In this document: positions 22,691-33,485 of the stretch, piece by piece
How the letters are laid out: each line of letters starts with the position of its first letter
How positions within the stretch are numbered: the stretch's first letter is position 1
Program-made: the position numbers and the translations under genes
Assembly: GCF_001194135.2 (NCBI RefSeq)
Contig: NC_068986.1
Span: forward strand, 58,763,764 to 58,797,248
Direction of reading: 5' to 3'
From: Octopus bimaculoides
Lineage: Eukaryota
Length of the DNA: 33,485 nt
Notes under the pieces: generated by a model
The model's database searches: none
What the model saw: only the letters and a program-made list of their open reading frames with translations
What the model was told of the DNA's origin: nothing

Positions 22691-24957
22691 AGTGCACTCT
22701 CCTGTAGATAACGGACAAACATACTAGACAATGCAGTACTAGTTATACAGAAAGATGAGATGGTCTCGATTGTAACGTCTACGATTATAGGTCTGCCGAC
22801 TGTTAACTTAGGGCTGCAAAACGAAAATAGACTAACGTTCTGATTTAGAGCAGTAGGAACAAATTCCATAAGTGTTTGCTATAATTTATTTCATTCTGCA
22901 GGTATGAACTTATATTTTTTTAATGTACCTATTTGTAAATTCTTTCTCCTGTTTTTGTACGTATTGACCGTGGGAAGTTATGTAAAGTTATGTATAAAAG
23001 AGAATGGAGTATATATATCATCGCGAATGCATGCTTAAATGCATGCGCTTCATTACCTTATTTTTGGCATTACTTAAATAACTAGATTTTTTTAGCCGAA
23101 AATGTTTCTATGCATATGTATATATATGTGGGTGGTGGGTGTGTCTATCTATCTATCTATCTATCTATCTACCTATCTATCTCTCTATCTCTATCTATCT
23201 ATCCCTCTCTCTATCTCTATCTATCTATTTCTATCTACCTACCTACTTACATATCTATATCCATGTATATATATGTATATGTTATGGAATTATGTATGTA
23301 TGTGCATGTGTGCATGTGCCTACGTACGTATGCATATGTATATGTATGTATATATACACATGTTTGCATGTATATGCTTTCACAAATAGATTTTTCTCTC
23401 TATGTACATCATTTTATGCACACGTACGCACATATATGTGTGTACATACCTATGTATGTTAACACATACATATCTGAAAGGTCTCATATAGTGAATCGGG
23501 AAATTTTGATTAAACTGTACAAAATCCGCATGGGAGATAAGTCCAATAGTATCAGTCAGTCGAAATTTTTAGCATTGCAGATAAAATTGGATTTTGATTT
23601 TAAGGCCGAGTGAAAGCAATGAATGTTTCGATCTTATTATTATCTCCTCAGCGAAGCATATTTAGCGTAATTACTAACTGTTAGATATAAACATTATACA
23701 TACATACCATATATGTGCACTATAAATACACATTCACACACAGACACACACACACACACACTCACACACACACACATACACACGCACACACTATATACAT
23801 ATATATATATANNNNNNNNNNNNNNNNNNNNNNNNNNNNNNNNNNNNNNNNNNNNNNNNNNNNNNNNNNNNNNNNNNNNNNNNNNNNNNNNNNNNNNNNN
23901 NNNNNNNNNNNNNNNNNNNNNNNNNNNNNNNNNNNNNNNNNNNNNNNNNNNNNNNNNNNNNNNNNNNNNNNNNNNNNNNNNNNNNNNNNNNNNNNNNNNN
24001 NNNNNNNNNNNNNNNNNNNNNNNNNNNNNNNNNNNNNNNNNNNNNNNNNNNNNNNNNNNNNNNNNNNNNNNNNNNNNNNNNNNNNNNNNNNNNNNNNNNN
24101 NNNNNNNNNNNNNNNNNNNNNNNNNNNNNNNNNNNNNNNNNNNNNNNNNNNNNNNNNNNNNNNNNNNNNNNNNNNNNNNNNNNNNNNNNNNNNNNNNNNN
24201 NNNNNNNNNNNNNNNNNNNNNNNNNNNNNNNNNNNNNNNNNNNNNNNNNNNNNNNNNNNNNNNNNNNNNNNNNNNNNNNNNNNNNNNNNNNNNNNNNNNN
24301 NNNNNNNNNNNNNNNNNNNNNNNNNNNNNNNNNNNNNNNNNNNNNNNNNNNNNNNNNNNNNNNNNNNNNNNNNNNNNNNNNNNNNNNNNNNNNNNNNNNN
24401 NNNNNNNNNNNNNNNNNNNNNNNNNNNNNNNNNNNNNNNNNNNNNNNNNNNNNNNNNNNNNNNNNNNNNNNNNNNNNNNNNNNNNNNNNNNNNNNNNNNN
24501 NNNNNNNNNNNNNNNNNNNNNNNNNNNNNNNNNNNNNNNNNNNNNNNNNNNNNNNNNNNNNNNNNNNNNNNNNNNNNNNNNNNNCTGTCCGAAACAGTGA
24601 CTGAGGAAAGAAGGCCACGAATGACCCGTCTTTTTTCCCTGTCCTTCTAATCGTTGTTTCTTTTGTCCGTCTTTGTATCGTCTATCTTCCCGAATGTTTT
24701 ATTGCCCTCTGTTGCATTTTTGTTCCATTATATATGTGTGTGTGTGTGTGTGTGTGTTTGTTTGTGTGTGTGTGTTTGTGTGTGTGTGTGTGCGCGCGCG
24801 TGCGCGTGCATCATTTATGCATCTGGTTTTGCAAGGTTCTGTATGTGAATTCGTGTGTTGAAATAAATTTTGTAGCGTATGTTTTGTGATATTTTTGCTG
24901 CATTTTAATAAAGCATATTAGCCTACCTCTGGTATTTGAGTACTATTTTTTCCACGT

Positions 24958-25203
24958 TGAGGTCTGATCTATAAGTATTCGGACTTTTACCATAGTAACG
25001 AAACTATGCGTGTGATCGTCGCATTGAAAGTGTACGGAGAGGAGCGTATGAGTTGCACACAAGTGTATGAGTGGTTCAGACGTTTCCATGATGGCAGAAA
25101 AAATGTTGATATTGACGAACGTTCTGGGAGACCCGCAACCAGTAGAAATGAGAAAAACATCGCAGTTGAGCGAGCAGGTGTGAGGGGAAATCGTCGAATC
25201 ACC
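24958..25203 (+). mobile_element. Tc1/mariner element 5' part (TIR and HTH region of the transposase), internally deleted and truncated
   Basis: Mariner-like TIR TGAGGTCTGATCTATAAGTATTCGGACT at 24958-24985. Positions 25024-25203 translate LKVYGEERMSCTQVYEWFRRFHDGRKNVDIDERSGRPATSRNEKNI...GNRRIT, the mariner N-terminal HTH with its W..RF..G...D..RSGRP motif. Confidence 0.9.
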
Positions 25204-26086
25204 ATGGCAACAGTTCTCCAACAAACTTGCCTCATTGTTTGGAATGAATGCAATGTCACATCGTGGAGCTCCAGAGGTACTTGCCTGTACCCTCCAAAAC
25301 ATTAGAAAAATCAATAGCACGCTCATAGGAGAAGTAACAGTTCTTGCAGATTTTCGTCAGACGTTGCCAGTTATCCCCAAAGGATCAAAAGCTGATGAGG
25401 GCAATGCATACTTTAAAAAGTCGTACCTTTGGCGACATCTGAAAAAACTTCATCTTACAAGCAACATCACAGTGCTTCTACAAAGTGATCATACGAGCTT
25501 CTTAAAATTGGTAATGGGATATTAACATTCAACTCAAGACTTCAACTGCATGAAATTACATGCGGTCAAATGATACTTTCCCTTAGGGATCTTATGGATA
25601 AAATATTTCCTAATTTATCTGTCAATTACATTGATGTAAACTGGCTATGTGAAAGAGCTATACTAGCTCCAACAAATGAAATGGTTGATAAAACTCATGA
25701 ACTCCTTCTAAAGTTAACAGATACATCAGAAATGACTTTTCGATAAGTTGACAACAGACTATCGAGATCAGGTTGTTCAATACCTTGTTGAATTTCTGAA
25801 TACACTTAAACCCATTGGGATGCTACTGCATAAATTGAGACTAAAACTGGGTGCTCCCATTATGTTGCTTAGGAATCTTGACCTGTGTAATGGAACTTCC
25901 ATGAAGCCCCATGTCCTACAGGCAACAATCATAAAAGGTAGTCACAAAGGAGAAAATGTCTTTATTCCAAACATTCCTCTCATACCTACAGATGTTCCAT
26001 TTGAATTTAAGACGCTTCAGTTTCCAGTCAAACTAAGTTTTGCTATTTCAATTAACAAATCTCAGGGTCAGTCCCTCAAGCTAGTT
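25204..26086 (+). mobile_element. Helitron PIF1-like helicase fragment (pseudogene)
   Basis: Reads LIVWNEC/MSHRGA.E..ACTLQNIR...DFRQTLPVIPKG..ADE.NA..KKSYLW (helicase motifs II-III), then VEFLNTL.P.GM..HKLRLKLGAPIMLLRNL..LCNGT...VFIPNIPLIPTDVPFEFK.LQFPVKLSFAISINKSQGQSL (motifs IV-VI). Frameshifts and stops are present. Confidence 0.93.
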
Positions 26087-26170
26087 GCTCTTCTTAGGAA
26101 AACGATACAATCAGTGATTGATTATCTCAAGTAATTTCTAAAAGAAAAAGAAGAAATAGTGGATATCGAG

Positions 26171-26203
<33 letters not shown>

Positions 26204-26213
26204 NNNNNNNNNN

Positions 26214-26279
<66 letters not shown>

Positions 26280-27254
26280 ACGCACTCACACACTCACTCA
26301 CTCATTCACTCACTCACTCACTCTTTTTCTCTTTTCTCAGCCTCCAAGACTGGCATGAATAAGTAGAAAAGATCTTAGTATCCTCAAACTGGGCATAGCA
26401 AAAAAATCTTAGAATCTAGTAAATGTGAGAAACATTTAAAAGTATTGCCAAGGCCGGTCATCAGTACTATAAAAAGGTGAAGGAATAGCATAGAAGGTGA
26501 AACACTTTGTAGTTTCACCCAGTTCCTTATACAGCGCAAATTTACACATCAATTTCTGAGTCACTTCTCCAAAAAACATTTGAATTTTGTAAAATACTCA
26601 TTGCTAAGTCTAACAATGGACACCAACAAATAGGCGAAGAACTTTCTGATGTCTCAATGGTTATTCTCAATGACATCAAAATCAACAAATTCTGTTTTCA
26701 TATTTTCGATATACTTTTTTTAAAAAAATTAACAAATTCTTCCCCTGTAGAATTACATAAGAAAGACAGCTGACAAAATTCCGAAACATCAATGGCCAAC
26801 ACTTGGTCAGTTATTTTCTTTTTACATCATATCAGACATTGATTACCGACAAAAAATATTTTTGTAAACAACTTGCAGATACTCTTACTACTAGTTGGAA
26901 GCTTTGCATACTGGATGCTAGCAAGCTTTTGGGTCATTAGGAGAGAATGTGCACCGTTGCGAGGTCTTCCCCTCAATCAACTGGTTATTTGGTTTTGCTC
27001 AATATTCTTCTAGCCGTTCCTCATCGTCTCTTTTTAACCAAATCTTCTTCGAAAGCATTTCACAATCACTTACGCCTTGTTCTTTGTCATCAATATCATT
27101 GTCTAAGTCTATCCTTCATTAGACAAAACAGTGTAAATTATAGGGCACCTGATCCTTGCTGAACGTGGACGGGAGATTATTGAACCACTGAACAGCAAAT
27201 AAATTTACTTATTGTCTGGTTCGATACCAAAGATGAGTGTGGTGGTGCATTGTC

Positions 27255-27390
27255 ATGTCATGGTAAATATGGATAGTTTTCAGATCCCAGATTCAATCCC
27301 ACTGTATGATATATCGAGCAATGTCCATTTTATATTTCCCATGACTTGTGAATGAAATTAGATGGACAGAAACTGCATAGAAGCCTGTCG
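27255..27390 (+). mobile_element. SINE S2 head, highly degenerate
   Basis: TTCAATCCCACTGTATG..CTTGTGAATGAAATT..GACAGAAACTGCATAGAAGCCTGTCG aligns to 1230-1340. Confidence 0.55.
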
Positions 27391-27819
27391 GATGGATTGT
27401 ACTCGTACTTCAAAAGTAACAAACTTGACACACTATGTCATGCGGATTCTAGCTGAGAATTATGTTAAGAGTGTATGTATCTAAGGAATGCTTGGCACGT
27501 ATGTGTTAATGCAGAAGCATTTGATTTAGTGATCGAAAAACTGAATTATCATCATCAAACAACAGAGATCCACCTTCACTATCACTACACAGACAAGCAT
27601 ATATTTATACGTTTAGTATTAACTATTCGGAAATAAGAACTCAATACCATGGTAGTGATTAGCATAGTTTATTTTGGTTGAGTCAGTCTCTTGTGACCCT
27701 TAGTTTCCCCTGTGGTTTCAGAGGACCTTCAGGCAAGTCTTAACTTGCCTGCAGATCCTGTGCACCGACAAGTGAAATTCAGAGCAGCAAGAGACTCACT
27801 TGAGTAAAATAATACGTAC

Positions 27820-27914
27820 GTACGTACTATGTACATACATACATACATACATACACACACACATACATACATACATACATACATACATACATACATACAT
27901 ACATACATACATAC
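27820..27914. repeat. (ATAC)n microsatellite
   Basis: Directly visible. Confidence 0.98.
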
Positions 27915-29525
27915 AGGGTGGAGGGGAAGTAACCAACAAAATCAAGCTGAAAGTGTTAGGAGAGGTCATTCCATAAATTGAGGAAAATCCAGTTAAATGC
28001 CTTAGAAAGATGATTGACCAACCGCTCTCAGACAGAAGCAATGTAACCAAAATTGTGAAGCAAGCAGAGGAGTAGCTGAGGAGGATTGATAGATCAGGGC
28101 TTCCAGGAAAATAGAGGGCATGGCTCTACAAACACAGACTGCTTCCAAGACTTATATGGTTATTGAGGCTGTATGATATTCCAATGACAAGTGTGGAAAG
28201 GGTGGAGAGGAAGATAAATAAATACCTACAAAGATGGCTAGGTGTTCCCACAAGCTTCACTTCAATAGGTCTGTACATAAGATCTGGAAAGTTACAACTT
28301 CACCTGTCCTCCATAGTGGAGTAATTTAAAGTAGCAAAATGTATTTTTGTAATTGGACGAGCTTCTCAGGCATGCAGGTATTACAACAAAGTCTAGGTGA
28401 AAGTGGGTAGCTAGCACCGCAGTCGCTCAGGCTGAAGGCATGCTGGAACTACGTGACATCACTGGGGTTACACGCAGGGGCTGCCAGGGTGTCGGCTCTT
28501 CCTATTTCCAACAATGGAAAAAGGCAGACATCAGGGAAAGGAAGGCCATGATCCAGGGAGCAGTATGGTACCAAGAGGAAGAAAGAAGAAAATCAAGAAC
28601 TGTGGAGCTGGTATCTCAGGGTGCAAGGACTAATTGGGACCTCCCTAACAGAAAGATCACATAGACTGACCTGTGAAGAATGGAACCTTTATGCATCTCC
28701 TTCCTGCTGTAAGTGGTGTATGACACACTCCCTACACCAACAAACTTGCACAGATGGGAGTTGAGGGAAGACTAGCTGTGTAGACTTTGTGGAGAAGGGA
28801 CACTCTGGCACACATCTTGTCAGGGTGCAGAATAGCACTTTCTTAAGGCAGATATAAATGGCTCCATGATAGGGTGCATGCAACACTTGTTCACACCCTG
28901 GAGCAGCAAAGGCGCAAGAAACATCATCACCAGAGAAGGCAACAGCAGCAATTAAGTTCGTGAAAGAGGGAGAGAGGCCAGTAAATTCAGCAAAAACAAT
29001 ACATAGATTGCTGCATTGATCTCAACCATGGGAGATGAAAGTGGACTTAGGGGAGAGACTGCGGTTTCCCCAGGTCGTCCATATAGCCCTGAGGCCAGAT
29101 GTGGTCCAGTAGTCTGAAAATATCAAAAGCATTTTCTTAATTGACTCACACACCCATGGGAAGAGGGATGTGATGAGGCCCATGAATGGAAGCGTTCCAA
29201 ATATGCGATCCTTCCGTAGGATTTCAAGGAGAAGCGATGGTAGGTATGGCTTTTCCCAGTTGAAGCTGGCTGTAAGGGATTCCTTGCTCAGTCGGCACGG
29301 AGGACGCTTACAGTCACTGAAATGAGAGGAAAGAATCAAAGGGTGGATGTGCGCAGGATGGGAGAGGCAGCAGAAAGAGTCTCTTGTTGGCTTTGGAGCA
29401 AGAGAGAGGAGTTAAGCTGGAAGCCAGGAGGAGATGAGGAGCAGTGACTTGACCACCAATGAACGTTGGGAGCCGTCTGATGACATTAGTTCCTCCTGGC
29501 CAAGGCTCCATTCACATCGGCGAAT
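27915..29525 (+). mobile_element. HERO-like (R2 group, REL endonuclease) non-LTR retrotransposon, 3' half, decayed
   Basis: Translates across stops as [20 protein letters not shown]...[59 protein letters not shown]...KLQL.LSSIVE.FKVAK. A zinc knuckle CRLCG..GTL.HILSGC starts at 28779, followed by W.HD.V, the REL motif LRPD at 29089-29100 and the terminal RRMGEAAERVSCWLWSKREELSWK. The stop is at about 29445-29447, followed by a 3' UTR up to the N gap. Confidence 0.88.
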
Positions 29526-29608
29526 NNNNNNNNNNNNNNNNNNNNNNNNNNNNNNNNNNNNNNNNNNNNNNNNNNNNNNNNNNNNNNNNNNNNNNNNNNN
29601 NNNNNNNN

Positions 29609-29657
<49 letters not shown>

Positions 29658-29966
29658 GTGCGTGTGTGTGTGTGTGTGCACGAGTATGTGTGTATATATA
29701 TATATATACAAACATACCTACATACATACATACATGCATACATATAAATATATGTATGAATAAGTATATATACATATACACACATATTTACATGCTATTG
29801 TTTATAGCTTTATATGTACTTTGAGAACTAATTATAAAATACAAGAATTATTCCACTTTCTCTTGAAAGTTTCGGCCCTTGAGTCACTCTGTAAATTCCG
29901 CCGGTTATTAATAAAAACGTATACATATTCAAGTTCGAGTTGTATTTTCCTATCTGCATCATCAAA

Positions 29967-30003
<37 letters not shown>

Positions 30004-30013
30004 NNNNNNNNNN

Positions 30014-30055
<42 letters not shown>

Positions 30056-31279
30056 CTCTCTCTCCCTCTCTCTGTCTATGCATGTGTGTGTATGAGTGTG
30101 TATGTGTGTGTATGTGTGTGTGAGCGTGTGTGTATACATACATACAGTTACAAATACATAAATTATATGTTTATATGTGTTTGTGTCGGTTCTGCTAGAG
30201 TACACCCTTACGTCAAAATAAGTCTTTAATGTGTTATTCAAAAAATAGGCAAACAAAAAATTATTTTTCCAACAACCTCTAATATACATTAATTTAAGAA
30301 TAAAACACATTGCCTTTTATTTATTTTCATTGAGTACAAACTGTTAAAGCCACAACTATTTATTATGACATATAGTAACACCTTTATTGTTTGTCTATGT
30401 GAATGTAATACTTTCAAATGATCACCACCCATTTGTATATTGGTGATGTTATTCAAACATCCTAGATGTCTGGAGGATGTCTTTCGGTTACATGCAGTCT
30501 TGAAAGGTGTTGAGGCGTTATTTTTGTATTTATTTGTTTGTTTATAACGTTTTCAACATATTTTATTCATGCATTCATGTATCACTATCTAATTACAAAT
30601 ATGTCACCTCGGTATATATATATATATATATATATNNNNNNNNNNNNNNNNNNNNNNNNNNNNNNNNNNNNNNNNNNNNNNNNNNNNNNNNNNNNNNNNN
30701 NNNNNNNNNNNNNNNNNNNNNNNNNNNNNNNNNNNNNNNNNNNNNNNNNNNNNNNNNNNNNNNNNNNNNNNNNNNNNNNNNNNNNNNNNNNNNNNNNNNN
30801 NNNNNNNNNNNNNNNNNNNNNNNNNNNNNNNNNNNNNNNNNNNNNNNNNNNNNNNNNNNNNNNNNNNNNNNNNNNNNNNNNNNNNNNNNNNNNNNNNNNN
30901 NNNNNNNNNNNNNNNNNNNNNNNNNNNNNNNNNNNNNNNNNNNNNNNNNNNNNNNNNNNNNNNNNNNNNNNNNNNNNNNNNNNNNNNNNNNNNNNNNNNN
31001 NNNNNNNNNNNNNNNNNNNNNNNNNNNNNNNNNNNNNNNNNNNNNNNNNNNNNNNNNNNNNNNNNNNNNNNNNNNNNNNNNNNNNNNNNNNNNNNNNNNN
31101 NNNNNNNNNNNNNNNNNNNNNNNNNNNNNNNNNNNNNNNNNNNNNNNNNNNNNNNNNNNNNNNNNNNNNNNNNNNNNNNNNNNNNNNNNNNNNNNNNNNN
31201 NNNNNNNNNNNNNNNNNNNNNNNNNNNNNNNNNNNNNNNNNNNNNNNNNNNNNNNNNNNNNNNNNNNNNNNNNNNNNNN

Positions 31280-31325
<46 letters not shown>

Positions 31326-31344
31326 ACACACACACACACACACA

Positions 31345-32230
31345 CATACACACATATGTAAAGGCAATGAACACCAAAAGAAAAGAAAGAGCACAAGAGG
31401 GACTAGTTTTAACAAATATATTAGTTTAGCACATAAAAAGAAGGTTAATAGTTTTGACGTTTCGAATGTTAGTCTTCCATCAGAAGAAAGAAGATAAAAA
31501 TGAAGAGAATGAATGAGAAAAATAGAAGCAAAATACAGGTGAGGGAGTCAGGGCCAGGTCTTAATGCCATTCTATAGGTTAAGTTAGGAAGGAAGAAAGG
31601 GTGGTGTATGTGCATATAGGAATATATCTGCCTATTGAGATGGACATACTGGGACATGTGTGTATGTGGGTTTTGGCTGTGGGTAGGGATGTGCAAGTTT
31701 GGCAGTATAGTGGAGCAGAATAGCCGAAGAGTAGGTTTTTATGTGTAGGAGTTTTGTGTGTTTGAGGGAAGAAAGGAAAACAGAAGATGGCAGTGAGCAC
31801 GAATATGTAGTAAAAGGGGGAGACAAGGGGTGTGTGGTGGATATGGTAGAAGGTGTGTATGTGTAAGTATGTAGGGGTGTGTGTGTGTGTAAAAAGTATG
31901 AGTGTAAGATACTGCTGGTAGTGAATTGATAGACTAGAAGGGAAAAAAATGGAGAAAGAATAAATAACAAGAAAAAAATTACTTTTGTATATTTTTGTTT
32001 TACATTCAGAGAAGAAAATTAGTGGAGATATAGGGGAGCAAGATGAAGGCGAGAGAAGTGCGTATGCGTTCGGAATGTAAATAAATAATAATGATGATGA
32101 TAATCATAATAATTAATACGGAAAAAATAGGGATAACAGAGGGGAGTCATGAGTTCAGGAAAAATAGAGAAAAACAAGAGGGAATACAGAATAATGATTT
32201 ACAGTAAAATACCCAAGAAAGAATATATAA
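31345..32230 (-). mobile_element. Possible Penelope pseudo-LTR-like block with a hammerhead-like motif
   Basis: The minus strand is pyrimidine-rich and contains CTGATG-GAA-GACTAACA-TTC-GAAAC-GTC (31456-31483). The boundaries are guessed and no RT or endonuclease motif is recognised. Confidence 0.3.
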
Positions 32231-32315
32231 AAGCAAACGCTGATGATCAGTGAAATTTTTGAAGTCTTTTCAGTGTTTTCAGTTTCACTAAGGTATCATG
32301 TTGTACATACATACA

Positions 32316-32346
<31 letters not shown>

Positions 32347-32356
32347 CTGTGTGTGT

Positions 32357-32730
<374 letters not shown>

Positions 32731-32930
32731 CATATATGTACACACACACAAATATAAATACGCATGTTCATATTCACTCACATACGTATATACGCATACG
32801 TATATAAATATAAATGTATACATATAAATAAGTATATATTTGTATGTATATGCATAAATACATATATATGTGTATGTGTATACATATATATGTATGTATG
32901 TATGCGTATATATTTGAAAAACCAAATGAG

Positions 32931-33485
32931 ATTGTTCGAATGGTGGATGAAAGCACACCCAAACAGCTGTTTTATGATGAGCTTGCAGAGGGGAAACACT
33001 ATCGGTGTAAACCTAAAAAAAGGTTTAAGCACAGCTCAAGGACTACCACGAAGTCACTTGGAATGGATCTAGAGGACATAGAAGCCCTTGCTTCCGATCG
33101 AGCTGGATGGTAAACAAAAGTGTGGAGTGGAGTGAAAGCGTTTGAAGAGGCCAGGATAACGCATGCAATACTGAAGAGAGATTTAAAGAAGAATGTTACG
33201 ATCGAGAAGGTGAATCACAGCTTGTGACAGACCATGCCTTTCTTTTGCTGGGCTCAAATCTCATTTGCGAACCCATAGAAAGCAAACTTCCACCAACTAT
33301 TCTGCCTATATATCTGTGCCCACCTTTCTATGCAATTTATGCCAGAAGGTCTGCAAATCTTACAGAAGCCTCAAAAGACATTTTAAGATCCACAAAAATC
33401 AGAACTTAACTGCAGCTCTTGGTGATCCAAATCAGATATGCAATCTATGTGGGTGTCTTTTCAAAATGTTGTCTGGTTTAAAAGC
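32931..33485 (+). mobile_element. RTE-clade LINE 3' region (post-RT thumb) followed by at least three C2H2 zinc fingers; runs off the window
   Basis: Frame 3 reads IVRMVDESTPKQLFYDELAEGKHYRCKPKKRFK...EALASDRAGW*TKVWSGVKAFEEARI (RTE signature PKQLFYGEL..GKR..G..KKRFKD...LA.DR..W). After a frameshift, frame 1 from 33214 reads CDRPCLSFAGLKSHLRTH / FLCNLCQKVCKSYRSLKRHFKIH / ICNLCGCLFKMLSGLK with no stop to the window end. Confidence 0.88.

Noticed and set aside
26340-27160. Possible decayed transposase on the minus strand (acidic DLDNDIDD stretch, LAIDVS, TGEEF)
   Set aside because: The resemblance to hAT or piggyBac motifs is too fragmentary to assign. BLASTx would be needed.
31560-31970. Penelope ORF or GIY-YIG coding remnant next to the hammerhead-like motif
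   Set aside because: No convincing RT or endonuclease motif is found in any minus-strand frame.
33235-33485. Minus-strand FVDLKMSF, resembling the LINE RT motif FVDLKKAF
   Set aside because: The plus strand of the same bases encodes well-spaced C2H2 fingers without stops, while the minus frame has stops and no other RT motif.

Overview
AT-rich eukaryotic genomic DNA with many N gaps, most of them flanked by microsatellites. No intact host gene, rRNA, tRNA gene or CRISPR array can be supported. The repeat content looks like an octopus (cephalopod) draft assembly; this is an inference from recalled SINE families and microsatellite density. The window is a graveyard of mobile elements: three tRNA-derived SINE families in many copies, a Penelope-like RT with a GIY-YIG fragment upstream, two Dong/R4 LINE fragments, a HERO-like LINE, an RTE LINE 3' end, a mariner 5' end joined to a Helitron PIF1 helicase, a hAT MITE with a perfect 8-bp TSD and a 137-bp foldback mini-element with an 8-9-bp TSD. 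The top observation is that the RTE LINE ORF runs into an array of at least three C2H2 zinc fingers (33214 to the window end), which the supplied ORF track misses. Degenerate hammerhead-ribozyme-like motifs and an internally inverted repeat copy are also noted. Nearly all ORFs in the supplied track are translations of microsatellites or N gaps. Family assignments come from hand translation and remembered motifs, not database searches.
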